Notes: generated by a model from the sequence alone, not told the origin. A stretch of 64,000 nt of DNA from Calditrichales bacterium (GCA_965267575.1 OZ254086.1:2656001-2720000); one strand, 5' to 3'. Positions 10,868 to 21,430 are shown, counted from the first letter of the stretch. A program made the numbers and translations.

Positions 10868-10970
10868 TGTCATTCCCGTGAAGACGGGAATCCAGGAAAT
10901 GTGCTTTTGCCGGGGAAACCGATGACTTCTGCCGACGGTGCAGTGGATTCCTGCCTGCGCAGGAATGACA
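10868..10970. repeat. dRS3/RPE-like palindromic element
   Basis: TGTCATTCCCgtgaagacGGGAATCCA...TGGATTCCTGCCTGCGCAGGAATGACA; matches ATTCCC-N8-GGGAAT. Confidence 0.85.
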
Positions 10971-10988
10971 ATGATTGACACAACAAAC

Positions 10989-11016
10989 GTAGAGACGCAA
11001 GATTTTGCGTCTCTAC
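10989..11016. repeat. GTAG-type REP palindrome
   Basis: GTAGAGACGCAAGATTTTGCGTCTCTAC; five copies in the window. Confidence 0.9.
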
Positions 11017-11180
11017 CCCGCCTTATGTCAAAGTATCATTTTGATAATCCCCCTTATCATTTTCATAATCTTTGTTCTCGTTTATGCGGCTGCTATTCCC
11101 GTGGATATAAGGCCCGCTGTGTTGCGCTTCGCTGGTACGCTTTTTGAATCATCTCTATCCTTATTCTAAAATTAAAACAG

Positions 11181-13484
11181 ATGCATTCCGTGGAGGCCAT
11201 CATGCAATCACCTTTGACAAAGGTTTTTCTTATTCTTTTTATGTTCCTGGTACTGGCGGCGGGCCAGACGCAGGAAAACAAGCCCCAGGCAACAGTGGAA
11301 CAGCGTGTAGAAACACTGCTCGCCAAAATGACCATCGATGAGAAGATCGGCCAGTTGGCCCAGTTTCATCTGTGGTCGCGCAACAACGAATTCGATAAGC
11401 TGGCTGAAGTGGTCCGCGCCGGTGGGGTTGGTTCTTTCCTGAATGCCGGCGACCGCAAGAGCAAAGAAAAGCTGCAACGCGTCGCGGTGGAAGAAAGCCG
11501 TCTTGGCATACCGATTATTTTTGGGCGCGATGTGATCCACGGGTACCGCACGGTTTTCCCGATACCGTTGGGCCAGGCCGCAAGCTGGAACCCGGATCTG
11601 GTGGAGAAGGCCGCCGCCGTGGCCGCCAGAGAAGCGGCGCAAATGGGCATCCACTGGACTTTCGCGCCGATGATGGACCTGACCCGCGACCCGCGCTGGG
11701 GCCGCATTGCCGAATCGCCGGGCGAAGATCCCTACCTCATTTCAGTCATGTCAGTGGCCATGGTTAAAGGCTTCCAGGGCGATGACCTCAGCGACCCTAA
11801 CACTATCGCTGCCTGCGCCAAGCATTATGTCGGTTACGGCGCGGCTGAAGGCGGGCGCGATTACAACACCACCCTCATCCCCGAGCACGACCTGCGCAAC
11901 TACTTCCTGCCGCCCTTCAAAGCGTCCATTGATGCTGGCGTGGCAACGATCATGAGCGGCTTTAATGACCTGAACGGCATCCCGGCTTCAGGGAATGTAT
12001 TTACGCTGCGCAAAATCCTGCGCGACGAGTGGGGCTTTGACGGTTTTGTTGTCAGCGATTGGAATTCGATGACCGAAATGCTTAACCACGGCTACTGCGA
12101 AGATGAACGTGATGTGGCCAAAAAATCGCTGCAGGCCGGTATTGATATGGAGATGGTTTCGGAAAGCTTTCAAAACCATTTGAAAGAGTTGATTGAATCC
12201 GGCGAAGTGGAAAGCACTTTGCTGGACAAGGCTGTGGCCAACATTCTGCGCGTAAAATTCCGGCTGGGGCTTTTCGAAAACCCCTATCCTGTGCCCGCCG
12301 ATGACTCGGTGATCCTGCACCCCGACCATTTGCAGATGGCCCGTGACCTGGCCGCCGAGAGCCTGGTGCTTCTAAAAAACGACAACAACGTGTTGCCGCT
12401 TGGTGAGAAAACCAAAAGCGTTGCTTTGATCGGTGCATTGGCCGACCGGCCGCTGGACCAGTTGGGCACATGGACGCTGGACGGTAAAGCCGAAGAATCA
12501 ATCACCCCGCTGACCGCTTTCAAAGAAGCCGGGGAATTCAACATCCTTTACGCCCCGGGATACGATCACCCGCGCAGCACGGAAAAAAAGCTGTTTGGAG
12601 AAGCCGTTGAAACCGCCAAAAAAGCCGACGCGGTAATTATGTTTGTGGGCGAAGATTACCTGATATCCGGCGAAGCGCATAGCCGCGCTTTTATAGATTT
12701 GCCCGGCGCGCAGGAAGAGTTGGTCAACGCCGTGGCTGAAACCGGCAAGCCGCTGGTGCTGGTGTTCATGGCCGGTCGCCCGCTGACCTTTGCCTCGTTG
12801 ATTGATAAAGCAGATGCCATCGTTTACGCCTGGCACCCGGGCACCATGGCCGGTCCCGCCATCAGCGATGTGCTGAGCGGGAAAGTGGTTCCGTCCGGAA
12901 AACTGCCGGTAAGTTTTCCGCGCACCGTGGGACAAATCCCGATTTATTACAATCACCGCAACACCGGCCGGCCGCCATCGAAAGACATGTTGGGCATTCC
13001 GCTGGGCACCCCGGAGGATCCCAAAGGCTTCGTTTCCAACTATCTTGATGCTGACTTCACGCCGCAGTATCCGTTTGGCTATGGCCTCTCTTACAGCACC
13101 TTTGCTTACGACGACCTGAAACTTTCCGCGGATAAAATTACAGGCGGTGAAAAGCTGGATGTTTCCGTGCAGCTTAAAAACACGGGCAGCTACTCCGCAT
13201 TAGAGGTGGTGCAGCTTTACATCCGCGACAACGTGGCCAGCATTACGCGCCCTGTCAAAGAACTCAAGGCTTTTCAGCGGATTGCTTTAAAGCCCGGTGA
13301 AGGTCAAACGGTGACCTTTACGCTGGATGAAACCGATCTCGCATTCTACAACGCCGATATGGAGTTTACAGCCGAACCGGGCCGCTTCGAGGTGATGGTC
13401 GGCGGTTCGTCCGCGGACGAGGATTTACTCAAAGCATCGTTTGAATTGACGGATACCACCATGTCTTCCAAAAAGGAAAACTAA
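11181..13484 (+). CDS. bglX: GH3 beta-glucosidase (BglX-like)
   Basis: DVIHG, DPRWGR, KHYVGYG, VVSDW, FGYGLSY, C-terminal Fn3-like RPVKELKAF. Confidence 0.92.
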   Translation: MHSVEAIMQSPLTKVFLILFMFLVLAAGQTQENKPQATVEQRVETLLAKMTIDEKIGQLAQFHLWSRNNEFDKLAEVVRAGGVGSFLNAGDRKSKEKLQRVAVEESRLGIPIIFGRDVIHGYRTVFPIPLGQAASWNPDLVEKAAAVAAREAAQMGIHWTFAPMMDLTRDPRWGRIAESPGEDPYLISVMSVAMVKGFQGDDLSDPNTIAACAKHYVGYGAAEGGRDYNTTLIPEHDLRNYFLPPFKASIDAGVATIMSGFNDLNGIPASGNVFTLRKILRDEWGFDGFVVSDWNSMTEMLNHGYCEDERDVAKKSLQAGIDMEMVSESFQNHLKELIESGEVESTLLDKAVANILRVKFRLGLFENPYPVPADDSVILHPDHLQMARDLAAESLVLLKNDNNVLPLGEKTKSVALIGALADRPLDQLGTWTLDGKAEESITPLTAFKEAGEFNILYAPGYDHPRSTEKKLFGEAVETAKKADAVIMFVGEDYLISGEAHSRAFIDLPGAQEELVNAVAETGKPLVLVFMAGRPLTFASLIDKADAIVYAWHPGTMAGPAISDVLSGKVVPSGKLPVSFPRTVGQIPIYYNHRNTGRPPSKDMLGIPLGTPEDPKGFVSNYLDADFTPQYPFGYGLSYSTFAYDDLKLSADKITGGEKLDVSVQLKNTGSYSALEVVQLYIRDNVASITRPVKELKAFQRIALKPGEGQTVTFTLDETDLAFYNADMEFTAEPGRFEVMVGGSSADEDLLKASFELTDTTMSSKKEN

Positions 13485-13485
13485 A

Positions 13486-14904
13486 ATGTTGAAAACAGCT
13501 TTATTGCTTCTGTGCCTGGCGGTATTTGCCCAGGCAGGTGAAACCGCCGGGGTAAAAGTGTACACCACGGCAGAAAACACTGAACTGCGCCTGGCACACA
13601 CGGCCACAAAAACCTTCGCCGACGCGCGTCAGCCGCTGGAAACGGAAGTTTCCGTATTTGTCAATCCCGCCAAAACTTTCCAGACATTCTGGGGCATTGG
13701 CGGCGCCATCACCGATGCTTCGGCCGAAGTGTTTGCCAAGCTTCCAGCGGAAAAACAGCAGGAAATGCTTGAGGCCTATTACGATCCTGAAAAAGGCATT
13801 GGCTACACCCTGGCGCGCACACCTATTCACAGTTGCGATTTCAGCAGCGCCAGCTTCACCTATGTCTCCGACCATGATAAAGAACTGAAAACATTCAGCA
13901 TCGAACCCGACAGACAATACCGCATTCCTTTGATTAAAAAGGCCATTGCCGCGGCCGGTGGGGAACTGCCGTTGTACGCCAGCCCCTGGAGTCCGCCTGC
14001 GTTTATGAAGAGCAATAATAATATGCTTCAGGGTGGCAAGCTGCTGCCGGAGTATTACGAGGCTTGGGCATTGTACTACACCAAATTCATTAAAGCGTAT
14101 GAAAAAGAAGGCATACCGATTTGGGGTATCACGCTGCAAAACGAGCCGATGGCCACGCAAACCTGGGAATCATGCATCTACACCGCCGAGGAAGAGCGCG
14201 ACTTTTTGAAAAACTGGCTGGGACCGGTTATGGAGCGTGAAGGGCTGGGCGACAAAAACATCGTTGTGTGGGACCACAACCGCGACCTGATCCACCGCCG
14301 GGCCAGCACCATTTTTAATGATCCCGAAGCGGCTAAGTATGCCTGGGGTTTGGGCTTCCACTGGTATGAATCGTGGGCCGGTGGCGAGGAGATGTACCAC
14401 AACGTGGGCCTTGTGAATGAGGCCTATCCCGACAAGAAATTGCTGTTTACCGAAGGCTGCGCTGAAAGGTTCAGGCCTGACGGTTACGAGACCTGGAAAA
14501 ACGCCGAACGCTACGGTCGTTCGATGATCCACGACTTCAACAACGGCACGGTGGGCTGGACCGACTGGAATATTTTGCTGGATGAACGCGGCGGGCCCAA
14601 TCACGTGGGTAACTTTTGCTTCGCGCCGATGCACGCCGACACGCGCACGGGTGAATTGATTTATACGCCGTCTTACTATTACATCGGGCATTTTTCCAAG
14701 TTTATCCGCCCGGGCGCAAAACGGGTGAGTACCGCCACCAGCCGTAGCCACTTGCTGGCGACAACTTTTCAAAACGAAAGCGGCAACATGGTCACCGTGG
14801 TGATGAACCAGAGCGACCAAGAGATCAGCTACAAACTGTTTGTTGGCGGGGAAGCCGTTGGCGAAACAATACCGCCGCGCGCCATGCAGACATTGGTTTA
14901 TTAG
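13486..14904 (+). CDS. GH30 glycoside hydrolase (glucosylceramidase/beta-1,6-glucanase-like)
   Basis: GGAITDA, ASPWSPPAFMK, QNEP, FTEGC, DWNILLD..GGPN. Confidence 0.92.
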   Translation: MLKTALLLLCLAVFAQAGETAGVKVYTTAENTELRLAHTATKTFADARQPLETEVSVFVNPAKTFQTFWGIGGAITDASAEVFAKLPAEKQQEMLEAYYDPEKGIGYTLARTPIHSCDFSSASFTYVSDHDKELKTFSIEPDRQYRIPLIKKAIAAAGGELPLYASPWSPPAFMKSNNNMLQGGKLLPEYYEAWALYYTKFIKAYEKEGIPIWGITLQNEPMATQTWESCIYTAEEERDFLKNWLGPVMEREGLGDKNIVVWDHNRDLIHRRASTIFNDPEAAKYAWGLGFHWYESWAGGEEMYHNVGLVNEAYPDKKLLFTEGCAERFRPDGYETWKNAERYGRSMIHDFNNGTVGWTDWNILLDERGGPNHVGNFCFAPMHADTRTGELIYTPSYYYIGHFSKFIRPGAKRVSTATSRSHLLATTFQNESGNMVTVVMNQSDQEISYKLFVGGEAVGETIPPRAMQTLVY

Positions 14905-14934
14905 AAAGAGAACACCAAAGCCAATAAAGAAATC

Positions 14935-15026
14935 TCCCCTTAAAAAAGGGGACTAAGGGGTTGTATTTGCGATGGGTGGCGCTTATGTGAAGTACAACTC
15001 CCTAACCCCCTTTGCTAAGGGGGGAC
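14935..15026. repeat. Paired CCCC..GGGG hairpin element in an intergenic region
   Basis: TCCCCTTaaaaAAGGGGA and CCCCCTTtgctAAGGGGG in inverted arrangement. Confidence 0.6.
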
Positions 15027-15066
15027 TTTTACTGTTAATGAGAGATCGTTTCGAAGGGGGCCCGGA

Positions 15067-16704
15067 GTGAAAACGTTAAACCTGATAATCCTGCTGTCGG
15101 CGGTTCTTTTGGCCTGCGCGCAACAGCCGGAACAAAAAAACTTTCTGCGCACACAGGGACATGATTTCGTCGATGTTGACGGCAACAAGGTGTTTCTGCG
15201 CGGCGTGGGGCTGGGCAACTGGCTGCTGCCGGAAGGCTACATGTGGAAATTCGGTAAACAGGGCGATCGTCCGCGGCGCATCGAAAAGATTGTCAGCGAT
15301 TTGATCGGTGAAGAAAAAGCGGCGCAGTTCTGGCAGGATTTCCGAAAGCACTACATCACTGAAGCCGATATTGCCCGCATCGCCGAACTGGGTTTTAACT
15401 CGGTGCGGCCGGCTTTGAACGCGCGCCTCTTTATGACCGAAGGCGACACGGCGCGTTTTATCGAGGAAAGCTTTGTGCTACTGGATAGCCTGGTGCGCTG
15501 GGCCGACAAACACGATCTCTACGTGATCATCGATATGCACGGCGCGCCCGGTGGCCAGACCGGCGCCAACATTGATGACAGCCCTAACGATGAGCCGGAA
15601 CTTTTTATGGATGAACGCAACCAGGACCGGCTGGTCGATCTGTGGGTGAAAATCGCCAAACGCTATGCCGATGAACCAACGGTGGCCGCTTACGATCTTC
15701 TCAATGAGCCGCTGCCCGGTTACAACGGCGCCGCGGAAAAATACGGGCATCTTGTGGAGCCCCTCTACAAACGCATCACCGCCGCCATCCGCGACGTGGA
15801 CACAAACCACATGATCACGCTGGAGGGTGTGGACTGGTCCAACGACTGGTCCATTTTTGGCCCGCCCTTTGACGATAATGTCTTCTACCAATTCCATTAC
15901 TACTGCTGGGACCGTCCCGACAATCTAAACGATATTTCCAAATATATCGCCCTGCGCGACACGCTGAACACGCCGGTGTGGGTGGGTGAGACGGGTGAAA
16001 AGGGCAACGCCATTTACTGGGGCACGACGCAATATTTTGAAGCCAACAACATCGGCTGGTCGTTCTGGCCCTGGAAGAAGATGGACACGCGCAACACACC
16101 TTATTCGATCAAGCGTCCGGCCAACTGGGAGCAGGTTGCTGCCTATTCGCGTGGCGAGGAAAAACCATCCGCGGAGGTGGCACAACAGGCGTTTGACGAG
16201 CTGATCGAAAACATCAAGCTGGCCAACTGCGTCTACTTTCTTGATGTGGTCAACAGCATCATGCGCCGTGCGCCGGTTAAGATCGAAGCAGAGAATTATG
16301 GTCACGGCGGTTATAACGTGTCTTATTATGTGGCCGATACCACGCAGCGCGCCGCCAGCTACCGCGTGAATGAGCCTGTCCTGACCGGCTTGATCGATTT
16401 TGACAAGGATGAACATCTGTCCGAGCAGTACATCCTTTTGAAAGATGGCGAGTGGACACGCTACAGCGTGGGTAACGGCGGACTGCAAAATGCCTCCATC
16501 GTTGTAAAGGCCATGGCCGAAGACGGCAACGGCGCTTTCACATTTTCGCTCAATGGCGCGGAAGAGACACATGCTCTGAACGGCGAATGGCAGGAAATCC
16601 CCGTTTCTTTGGGTACGCTTAAGCCGGGAGAGAATGAGATCAGGCTAAAAGCTTCCGGTGGTACCGTCCGTTTTGATTGGGTGGATGTGAGGGAAGTGGA
16701 GTGA
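15067..16704 (+). CDS. GH5 glycoside hydrolase lipoprotein with a C-terminal CBM-like domain
   Basis: Lipobox LLAC, DMHGAPGGQ, LLNEP, FHYY, VGETGE. Confidence 0.9.
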   Translation: MKTLNLIILLSAVLLACAQQPEQKNFLRTQGHDFVDVDGNKVFLRGVGLGNWLLPEGYMWKFGKQGDRPRRIEKIVSDLIGEEKAAQFWQDFRKHYITEADIARIAELGFNSVRPALNARLFMTEGDTARFIEESFVLLDSLVRWADKHDLYVIIDMHGAPGGQTGANIDDSPNDEPELFMDERNQDRLVDLWVKIAKRYADEPTVAAYDLLNEPLPGYNGAAEKYGHLVEPLYKRITAAIRDVDTNHMITLEGVDWSNDWSIFGPPFDDNVFYQFHYYCWDRPDNLNDISKYIALRDTLNTPVWVGETGEKGNAIYWGTTQYFEANNIGWSFWPWKKMDTRNTPYSIKRPANWEQVAAYSRGEEKPSAEVAQQAFDELIENIKLANCVYFLDVVNSIMRRAPVKIEAENYGHGGYNVSYYVADTTQRAASYRVNEPVLTGLIDFDKDEHLSEQYILLKDGEWTRYSVGNGGLQNASIVVKAMAEDGNGAFTFSLNGAEETHALNGEWQEIPVSLGTLKPGENEIRLKASGGTVRFDWVDVREVE

Positions 16705-16824
16705 GGTGTTGTTCTCGGGTCCTGTAGTCTCGAGGTCTTGAAGTCTTGGAGTCAGGGGAAGATCCGGGTCTTTTTCTTTTTCATAATCATTCTCGTCTGT
16801 TTTATCTCCATTGCGCACCAAGAG

Positions 16825-16976
16825 TGTCATTCCCGCGAAGGCGGGAATCCATGAAAATGTGCATTTGCCAGGGATGCTGTTAGTTTTTGCTAAAAGCGCA
16901 GTGGATTCCTGCATCCGCAGGAATGACAAAAGAATGATAGGCCTAAACGTAGAGACGCAAGATTTTGCGTCTCTAC
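16825..16976. repeat. dRS3/RPE-like element plus GTAG REP (second composite copy)
   Basis: TGTCATTCCCGCGAAGGCGGGAATCCA...GGAATGACA at 16825-16928, then REP at 16949-16976. Confidence 0.88.
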
Positions 16977-18304
16977 CCTTCCGTCTTCTCACGTAATAGG
17001 CCAAACCCGGCAAACTCCTCATCCCAAGGTATCCAGCAATAATGCAAACCGCCGTGGATCATATCGATCTCTTCAAATTCCACATTGTATAATTTTTCGA
17101 CCTTAAACGGTGTGGTGGCCTGCGGCGTTACCAGCTCCAGCTCCTGGCCGGGGTAGAGCGGGTTGCGCGGTTCCACCTTGACCATTTTGCGGTCGGCGTC
17201 GTACTCGCGGATGATGCCGGCAAAACGGTAGGCCGGATTCTCGGCCTTTGTGCCGTCGTACTTTTGGGCGCTTTTGCCCGGGTTGCCCTTGTAAAACCCG
17301 GCGATGTAGCCCTTGTTGGCCACGGCAAACACATCGCGCCAGTGGGACTCGTTCAGCGCCTTTCCGGCCACCATGTCATCAATAGCCCGGCGGTAAGCAC
17401 GGGCAATATGGGCCACGTAATAGACCGATTTGTTGCGGCCTTCCACCTTAAAGCTGTCCACGCCGGCATCACGCAGCTCCTGCAAATACTCGATGGCGCA
17501 CAGGTCGCGGGCATTCATCAGGTAGGTGCCGTTCTCGTCTTCATCAATGGGCATGTACTCGCCGGGACGCTCCAGCTCTTCTAGGTAGAAATCACCGGCC
17601 AGCGCGTGGTAGGCATCGCCGTGCTGGGTCACCGCTTGCGCGTTTTGCGGCGATTGCCCTATTGCCTGCGGCTGCAACGCGCTTTTTTCGTACATGCGGT
17701 ATTGCCAGCGGCAGGAGTGGCTGCAGGTGCCCTGGTTGGGATCGCGGTAGGACATGTAGTTGCTGATCAGGCAGCGGCCGGAGTAAGCGATGCAGATGGC
17801 GCCGTGCACGAACGCTTCCAGCTCCAGGTCAGGACACTCTTCCTTAATTTGGCGGATCTCTTTTATCGACAGCTCGCGTGACAGGATGATGCGTTTGACG
17901 CCCTGCCTGTGCCAGAAGCGCGCCGTGGCATAGTTGACCGTGTTGGCCTGCACCGAGAGATGGATTTCCTGTTCGGGATGGCGTTCGCGCATCAGCATGA
18001 TCATACCGGGGTCGGACATGATCCAGGCGTCGGGCTGACACTCGCTGAGGAGGCGATCAATATATTTTATAAATGGATTGACCTTGTGGTTGTGCGGCAA
18101 AATGTTGGCCGTGAGATAGACCTTTTTGCCGCGCGCATGGGCATACTCAATGGCCTCGGCCACCGACTCCTTTTGAAAGCCGTTGCCGCGTGCCCTCAAG
18201 GAAAACATGGGGATGCCCAGGTAAACGGCATCGGCCCCGTAGGCGATCGCGTATTGCAGTTTTTCAAAGCTGCCCGCCGGCAGCAGTAATTCCGGTTTTT
18301 GCAT
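16973..18304 (-). CDS. trhP: U32 peptidase family, tRNA hydroxylation protein (TrhP/YegQ-like)
   Basis: PELLLPAG, YGADAVY, HGAICIAYSGRCLIS...NQGTCSHSCRW, KVEGR; start placed at MQKPELL. Confidence 0.88.
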   Translation of the reverse strand: MQKPELLLPAGSFEKLQYAIAYGADAVYLGIPMFSLRARGNGFQKESVAEAIEYAHARGKKVYLTANILPHNHKVNPFIKYIDRLLSECQPDAWIMSDPGMIMLMRERHPEQEIHLSVQANTVNYATARFWHRQGVKRIILSRELSIKEIRQIKEECPDLELEAFVHGAICIAYSGRCLISNYMSYRDPNQGTCSHSCRWQYRMYEKSALQPQAIGQSPQNAQAVTQHGDAYHALAGDFYLEELERPGEYMPIDEDENGTYLMNARDLCAIEYLQELRDAGVDSFKVEGRNKSVYYVAHIARAYRRAIDDMVAGKALNESHWRDVFAVANKGYIAGFYKGNPGKSAQKYDGTKAENPAYRFAGIIREYDADRKMVKVEPRNPLYPGQELELVTPQATTPFKVEKLYNVEFEEIDMIHGGLHYCWIPWDEEFAGFGLLREKTEG

Positions 18305-18402
18305 AACTCTTTTCCATGTATATATTCCAGCCGTAAAGTTACAACATTTTTCCGGCGCTTTCATGCTTAAATGCAGTACGCCTTTAGTCGAATCGCCTCA
18401 AC

Positions 18403-18597
18403 ACCGTCATCCTGAATTCATTTCAGAATTTTTGCATAGGTTAAGGATAGATACTGAAACGAGTTCAGCATGACGGTTGTGGCCAGTATAGTGGGTCATT
18501 GTCTCGGCATGTCGAATCGCTCCCGTGTCGTCATCCTGAATTTATTTCAGGATCTTTACTGGGTTGGTAGATGCTGAAACGAGTTCAGCATGACGGT
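18403..18597. repeat. Two tandem GTCATCCTGAA...TTCAGCATGAC palindromic units
   Basis: Units at 18403-18477 and 18529-18597 share both arms. Confidence 0.8.
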
Positions 18598-18700
18598 ATA
18601 GGTCCTCTTACCGTTAACCCTCTTGTGAGCAAACAAACAGAATAAGACTGGTAGATTATTTAATCTTCTCATCCCGCCTAAAACCCGAGGAGGCAGTACG

Positions 18701-20716
18701 ATGAGCCACGACCATAACCACAACTCAGATTCACATAAAAACAAAAACGACCACAACGGGGGCCACAACCACCACGATCATCACGCACATATGGTGAAAG
18801 ATTTCCGGCGTCGTTTCTGGATTTCGCTGGTGCTGACCCTGCCCATCCTGGCGCTTTCACCGATGATCCAAAATTTCTTTGGTTTTGGTCTGCGCTTTCC
18901 CACGCAAAATTACTGGCTGTTTGGTTTTTCCAGCGCGGTGTTCTTTTACGGCGGCTGGCCCTTTTTAAAAGGCCTGTGGGATGAGCTGAAAAAGAAACAA
19001 CCCGGAATGATGACATTGATTGCCGTGGCTATTGGTGTGGCCTACATCTACAGCGCGGCAGTGGTGTTTGGCCTGCCCGGTAAAATGTTCTTTTGGGAAC
19101 TGGCCACGCTGGTGGATATCATGCTGGTGGGGCACTGGATTGAAATGAAATCAGTGATGGGAGCATCCAAAGCGCTAACGGAAATGGCCCAGTTGCTGCC
19201 CAAAGACGCGCACCGCCTGGATGATAATGGCAAAACCGAAGATGTGCCTGTGGATGAGCTGAAAAAAGGTGACCGCCTGCTTATAAAACCCGGCGAAAAA
19301 GTGCCCGCGGATGGCCGCGTGGTTGAGGGCCAATCCACGGTGAACGAGGCCATGGTGACCGGCGAGTCGGAACCGCAGACGAAAAAAGAAGGCGATGAAG
19401 TGGTGGGCGGCACTGTCAATGGCGATTCATCTCTTACTATTGAAGTGGAGAAGTCCGGTGATGACAGCTTCTTATCACAGGCCATGAAGCTGGTGGAAGA
19501 GGCCCAGCAAAGCAAGTCGCGTACGCAAAACCTGGCCGACCGTGCCGCCTTTTGGCTGACCATCATCGCGCTGAGTGCCGGGGCAATTACCTTTGCCGCC
19601 TGGTTTGGCTGGGCAGGGCGTGAGTTCGTGTTCGCGCTGGAACGCTCGGTCACCGTGATGGTGATTACCTGTCCCCACGCATTGGGGCTGGCCATTCCGC
19701 TGGTGGTGGCGGTCTCCACGGCAAAGTCTTCGCAAAACGGTCTGCTTATCCGCAACCGCGCGGCCTTCGAAAAGGCCCGCCTAATCGATGCCATCCTGTT
19801 TGATAAGACCGGCACGCTCACCAAGGGCACCTTCGGTGTAAGCGACGTTGTAACGCTGGATGAAAGTGCCGATGAAAAGGAAATTCTGCGCCTGGCCGCG
19901 GCGGTGGAGCAGAACTCGGAACACCCCATCGCCAAAGGCATCGTAAAAAAAACAGACGATTACCCGTCGGTAAAAGATTTTGATTCCATCCCCGGCAAAG
20001 GCGCCAAAGGAACCGTGGAAGGGAAAAAGATTGCCGTAGTCAGCCCGGGCTACCTGCAGGAGAATGACATGGAGATTCCCGAAAAAGCGTCCGAACTACA
20101 GCAAGAGGGCAAAACCGTGGTCTTTGTGCTGCGTGATGAAAAGCTGCTGGGCGCCATTGCCCTGGGCGACGAAATACGCGAAGAGTCCAAAGAGACAATC
20201 GACGCCTTACACAAAATGGATATCCGTTGCATGATGCTGACGGGGGACAACAAAAAGGTGGCCAAACGCGTGGCCGAGACGCTGGGGTTGGATGAGGTGT
20301 TTGCCGAGGTACTGCCGCAGGACAAAGAGAAGAAGGTGCGCGAGGTGCAGGAAAAAGGTTACGTGGTAGCCATGACGGGCGACGGCGTAAACGACGCGCC
20401 CGCTTTGGCCCGCGCTGATGTGGGCATCGCTATTGGCGCGGGCACCGATGTGGCCGTGGAAACAGCCGACATTATCCTGGTGCGCAGTAACCCCAAAGAT
20501 GTGCTCGCGCTGTTGAAGTTTGCCCGCGCCACCTACCGCAAGATGCTGCAAAACCTGGCCTGGGCCACGGGCTACAACGTCATCGCCATCCCGCTTGCGG
20601 CCGGTGTGCTTTTCAGCCTGGGAATTATTCTCAGTCCCGCCGTGGGTGCGGTGCTAATGTCACTGAGTACGGTCATCGTTGCCATCAACGCCCGCTTTTT
20701 GAAGGTGGAGAAGTAG
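18701..20716 (+). CDS. copB: Copper-translocating P1B-type ATPase, CopB-like
   Basis: His-rich N-terminus, TGES, CPHALG, DKTGT, SEHP, GDGVNDAP, YN and MSLST motifs. Confidence 0.92.
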   Translation: MSHDHNHNSDSHKNKNDHNGGHNHHDHHAHMVKDFRRRFWISLVLTLPILALSPMIQNFFGFGLRFPTQNYWLFGFSSAVFFYGGWPFLKGLWDELKKKQPGMMTLIAVAIGVAYIYSAAVVFGLPGKMFFWELATLVDIMLVGHWIEMKSVMGASKALTEMAQLLPKDAHRLDDNGKTEDVPVDELKKGDRLLIKPGEKVPADGRVVEGQSTVNEAMVTGESEPQTKKEGDEVVGGTVNGDSSLTIEVEKSGDDSFLSQAMKLVEEAQQSKSRTQNLADRAAFWLTIIALSAGAITFAAWFGWAGREFVFALERSVTVMVITCPHALGLAIPLVVAVSTAKSSQNGLLIRNRAAFEKARLIDAILFDKTGTLTKGTFGVSDVVTLDESADEKEILRLAAAVEQNSEHPIAKGIVKKTDDYPSVKDFDSIPGKGAKGTVEGKKIAVVSPGYLQENDMEIPEKASELQQEGKTVVFVLRDEKLLGAIALGDEIREESKETIDALHKMDIRCMMLTGDNKKVAKRVAETLGLDEVFAEVLPQDKEKKVREVQEKGYVVAMTGDGVNDAPALARADVGIAIGAGTDVAVETADIILVRSNPKDVLALLKFARATYRKMLQNLAWATGYNVIAIPLAAGVLFSLGIILSPAVGAVLMSLSTVIVAINARFLKVEK

Positions 20717-20786
20717 AAGGGATACTTTCTTGAAGATGCCTGTAAAATAGGATATATTTTTTGAATTGTTGTACGGGGATATAAAT

Positions 20787-21041
20787 ATGAAGCACACAGA
20801 TACTCAAAATGAAAAATTTGCAAGGGCCAGAAAAAACCTTGAAAAAATAAAGGGGAAGCAAATTGATCAAGTAAATTCTTTTCTTGAATCACTCATATCC
20901 CAGAATGCAAAAACCGGAAATACGGGGTCACTCCAGGGTATTTGGGAAGAATTTGATTTTGAGCAAGATGCGGATCTGGAAGAGGAAATTAGAATTTTCA
21001 GAAAAGAGTCTTCCCAAAAGATTTTAAGCAAGCTTAGCTAA
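20787..21041 (+). CDS. Putative antitoxin
   Basis: Small ORF (SLQGIWE motif) coupled by a TAATG overlap to a PIN gene; AT-rich. Confidence 0.65.
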   Translation: MKHTDTQNEKFARARKNLEKIKGKQIDQVNSFLESLISQNAKTGNTGSLQGIWEEFDFEQDADLEEEIRIFRKESSQKILSKLS

Positions 21042-21430
21042 TGACTTTTTTGGCAGACACCGTTACGGTTATTCGTTTTTTTACAAAAAAAGGAAAAATT
21101 GGAAAGCAAGCCCGTAAAGTTCTGGAAAAGGTCGATAAAGGTGAAGGCGACCTCATCATTTCCATTATAACGTTTGTGGAAATCCTTTATTTGGCAGAAA
21201 AAAAGCGAATAAAGGTTGATTTTGATAAGCTTGGAAAAACTATTTCTAAGCTCGATAATTATAAAATAATTGATCTCAATCTAAATATTGTGCGTAACGC
21301 TCAGGAACTCAGCGGGCTTGAATTACATGATCGCTTAATTGTCTCGACCGCAAGACTTCATAATGCGCCTATTCTTACTTCTGACAAGGAAATAAAAGCA
21401 TACCCCGGCATAGATGTTATTTGGGATTAG
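21041..21430 (+). CDS. vapC: PIN-domain (VapC-like) toxin
   Basis: ADT at N-terminus, FVEI, LHDRLIVSTA, LTSD. Confidence 0.85.
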   Translation: MTFLADTVTVIRFFTKKGKIGKQARKVLEKVDKGEGDLIISIITFVEILYLAEKKRIKVDFDKLGKTISKLDNYKIIDLNLNIVRNAQELSGLELHDRLIVSTARLHNAPILTSDKEIKAYPGIDVIWD

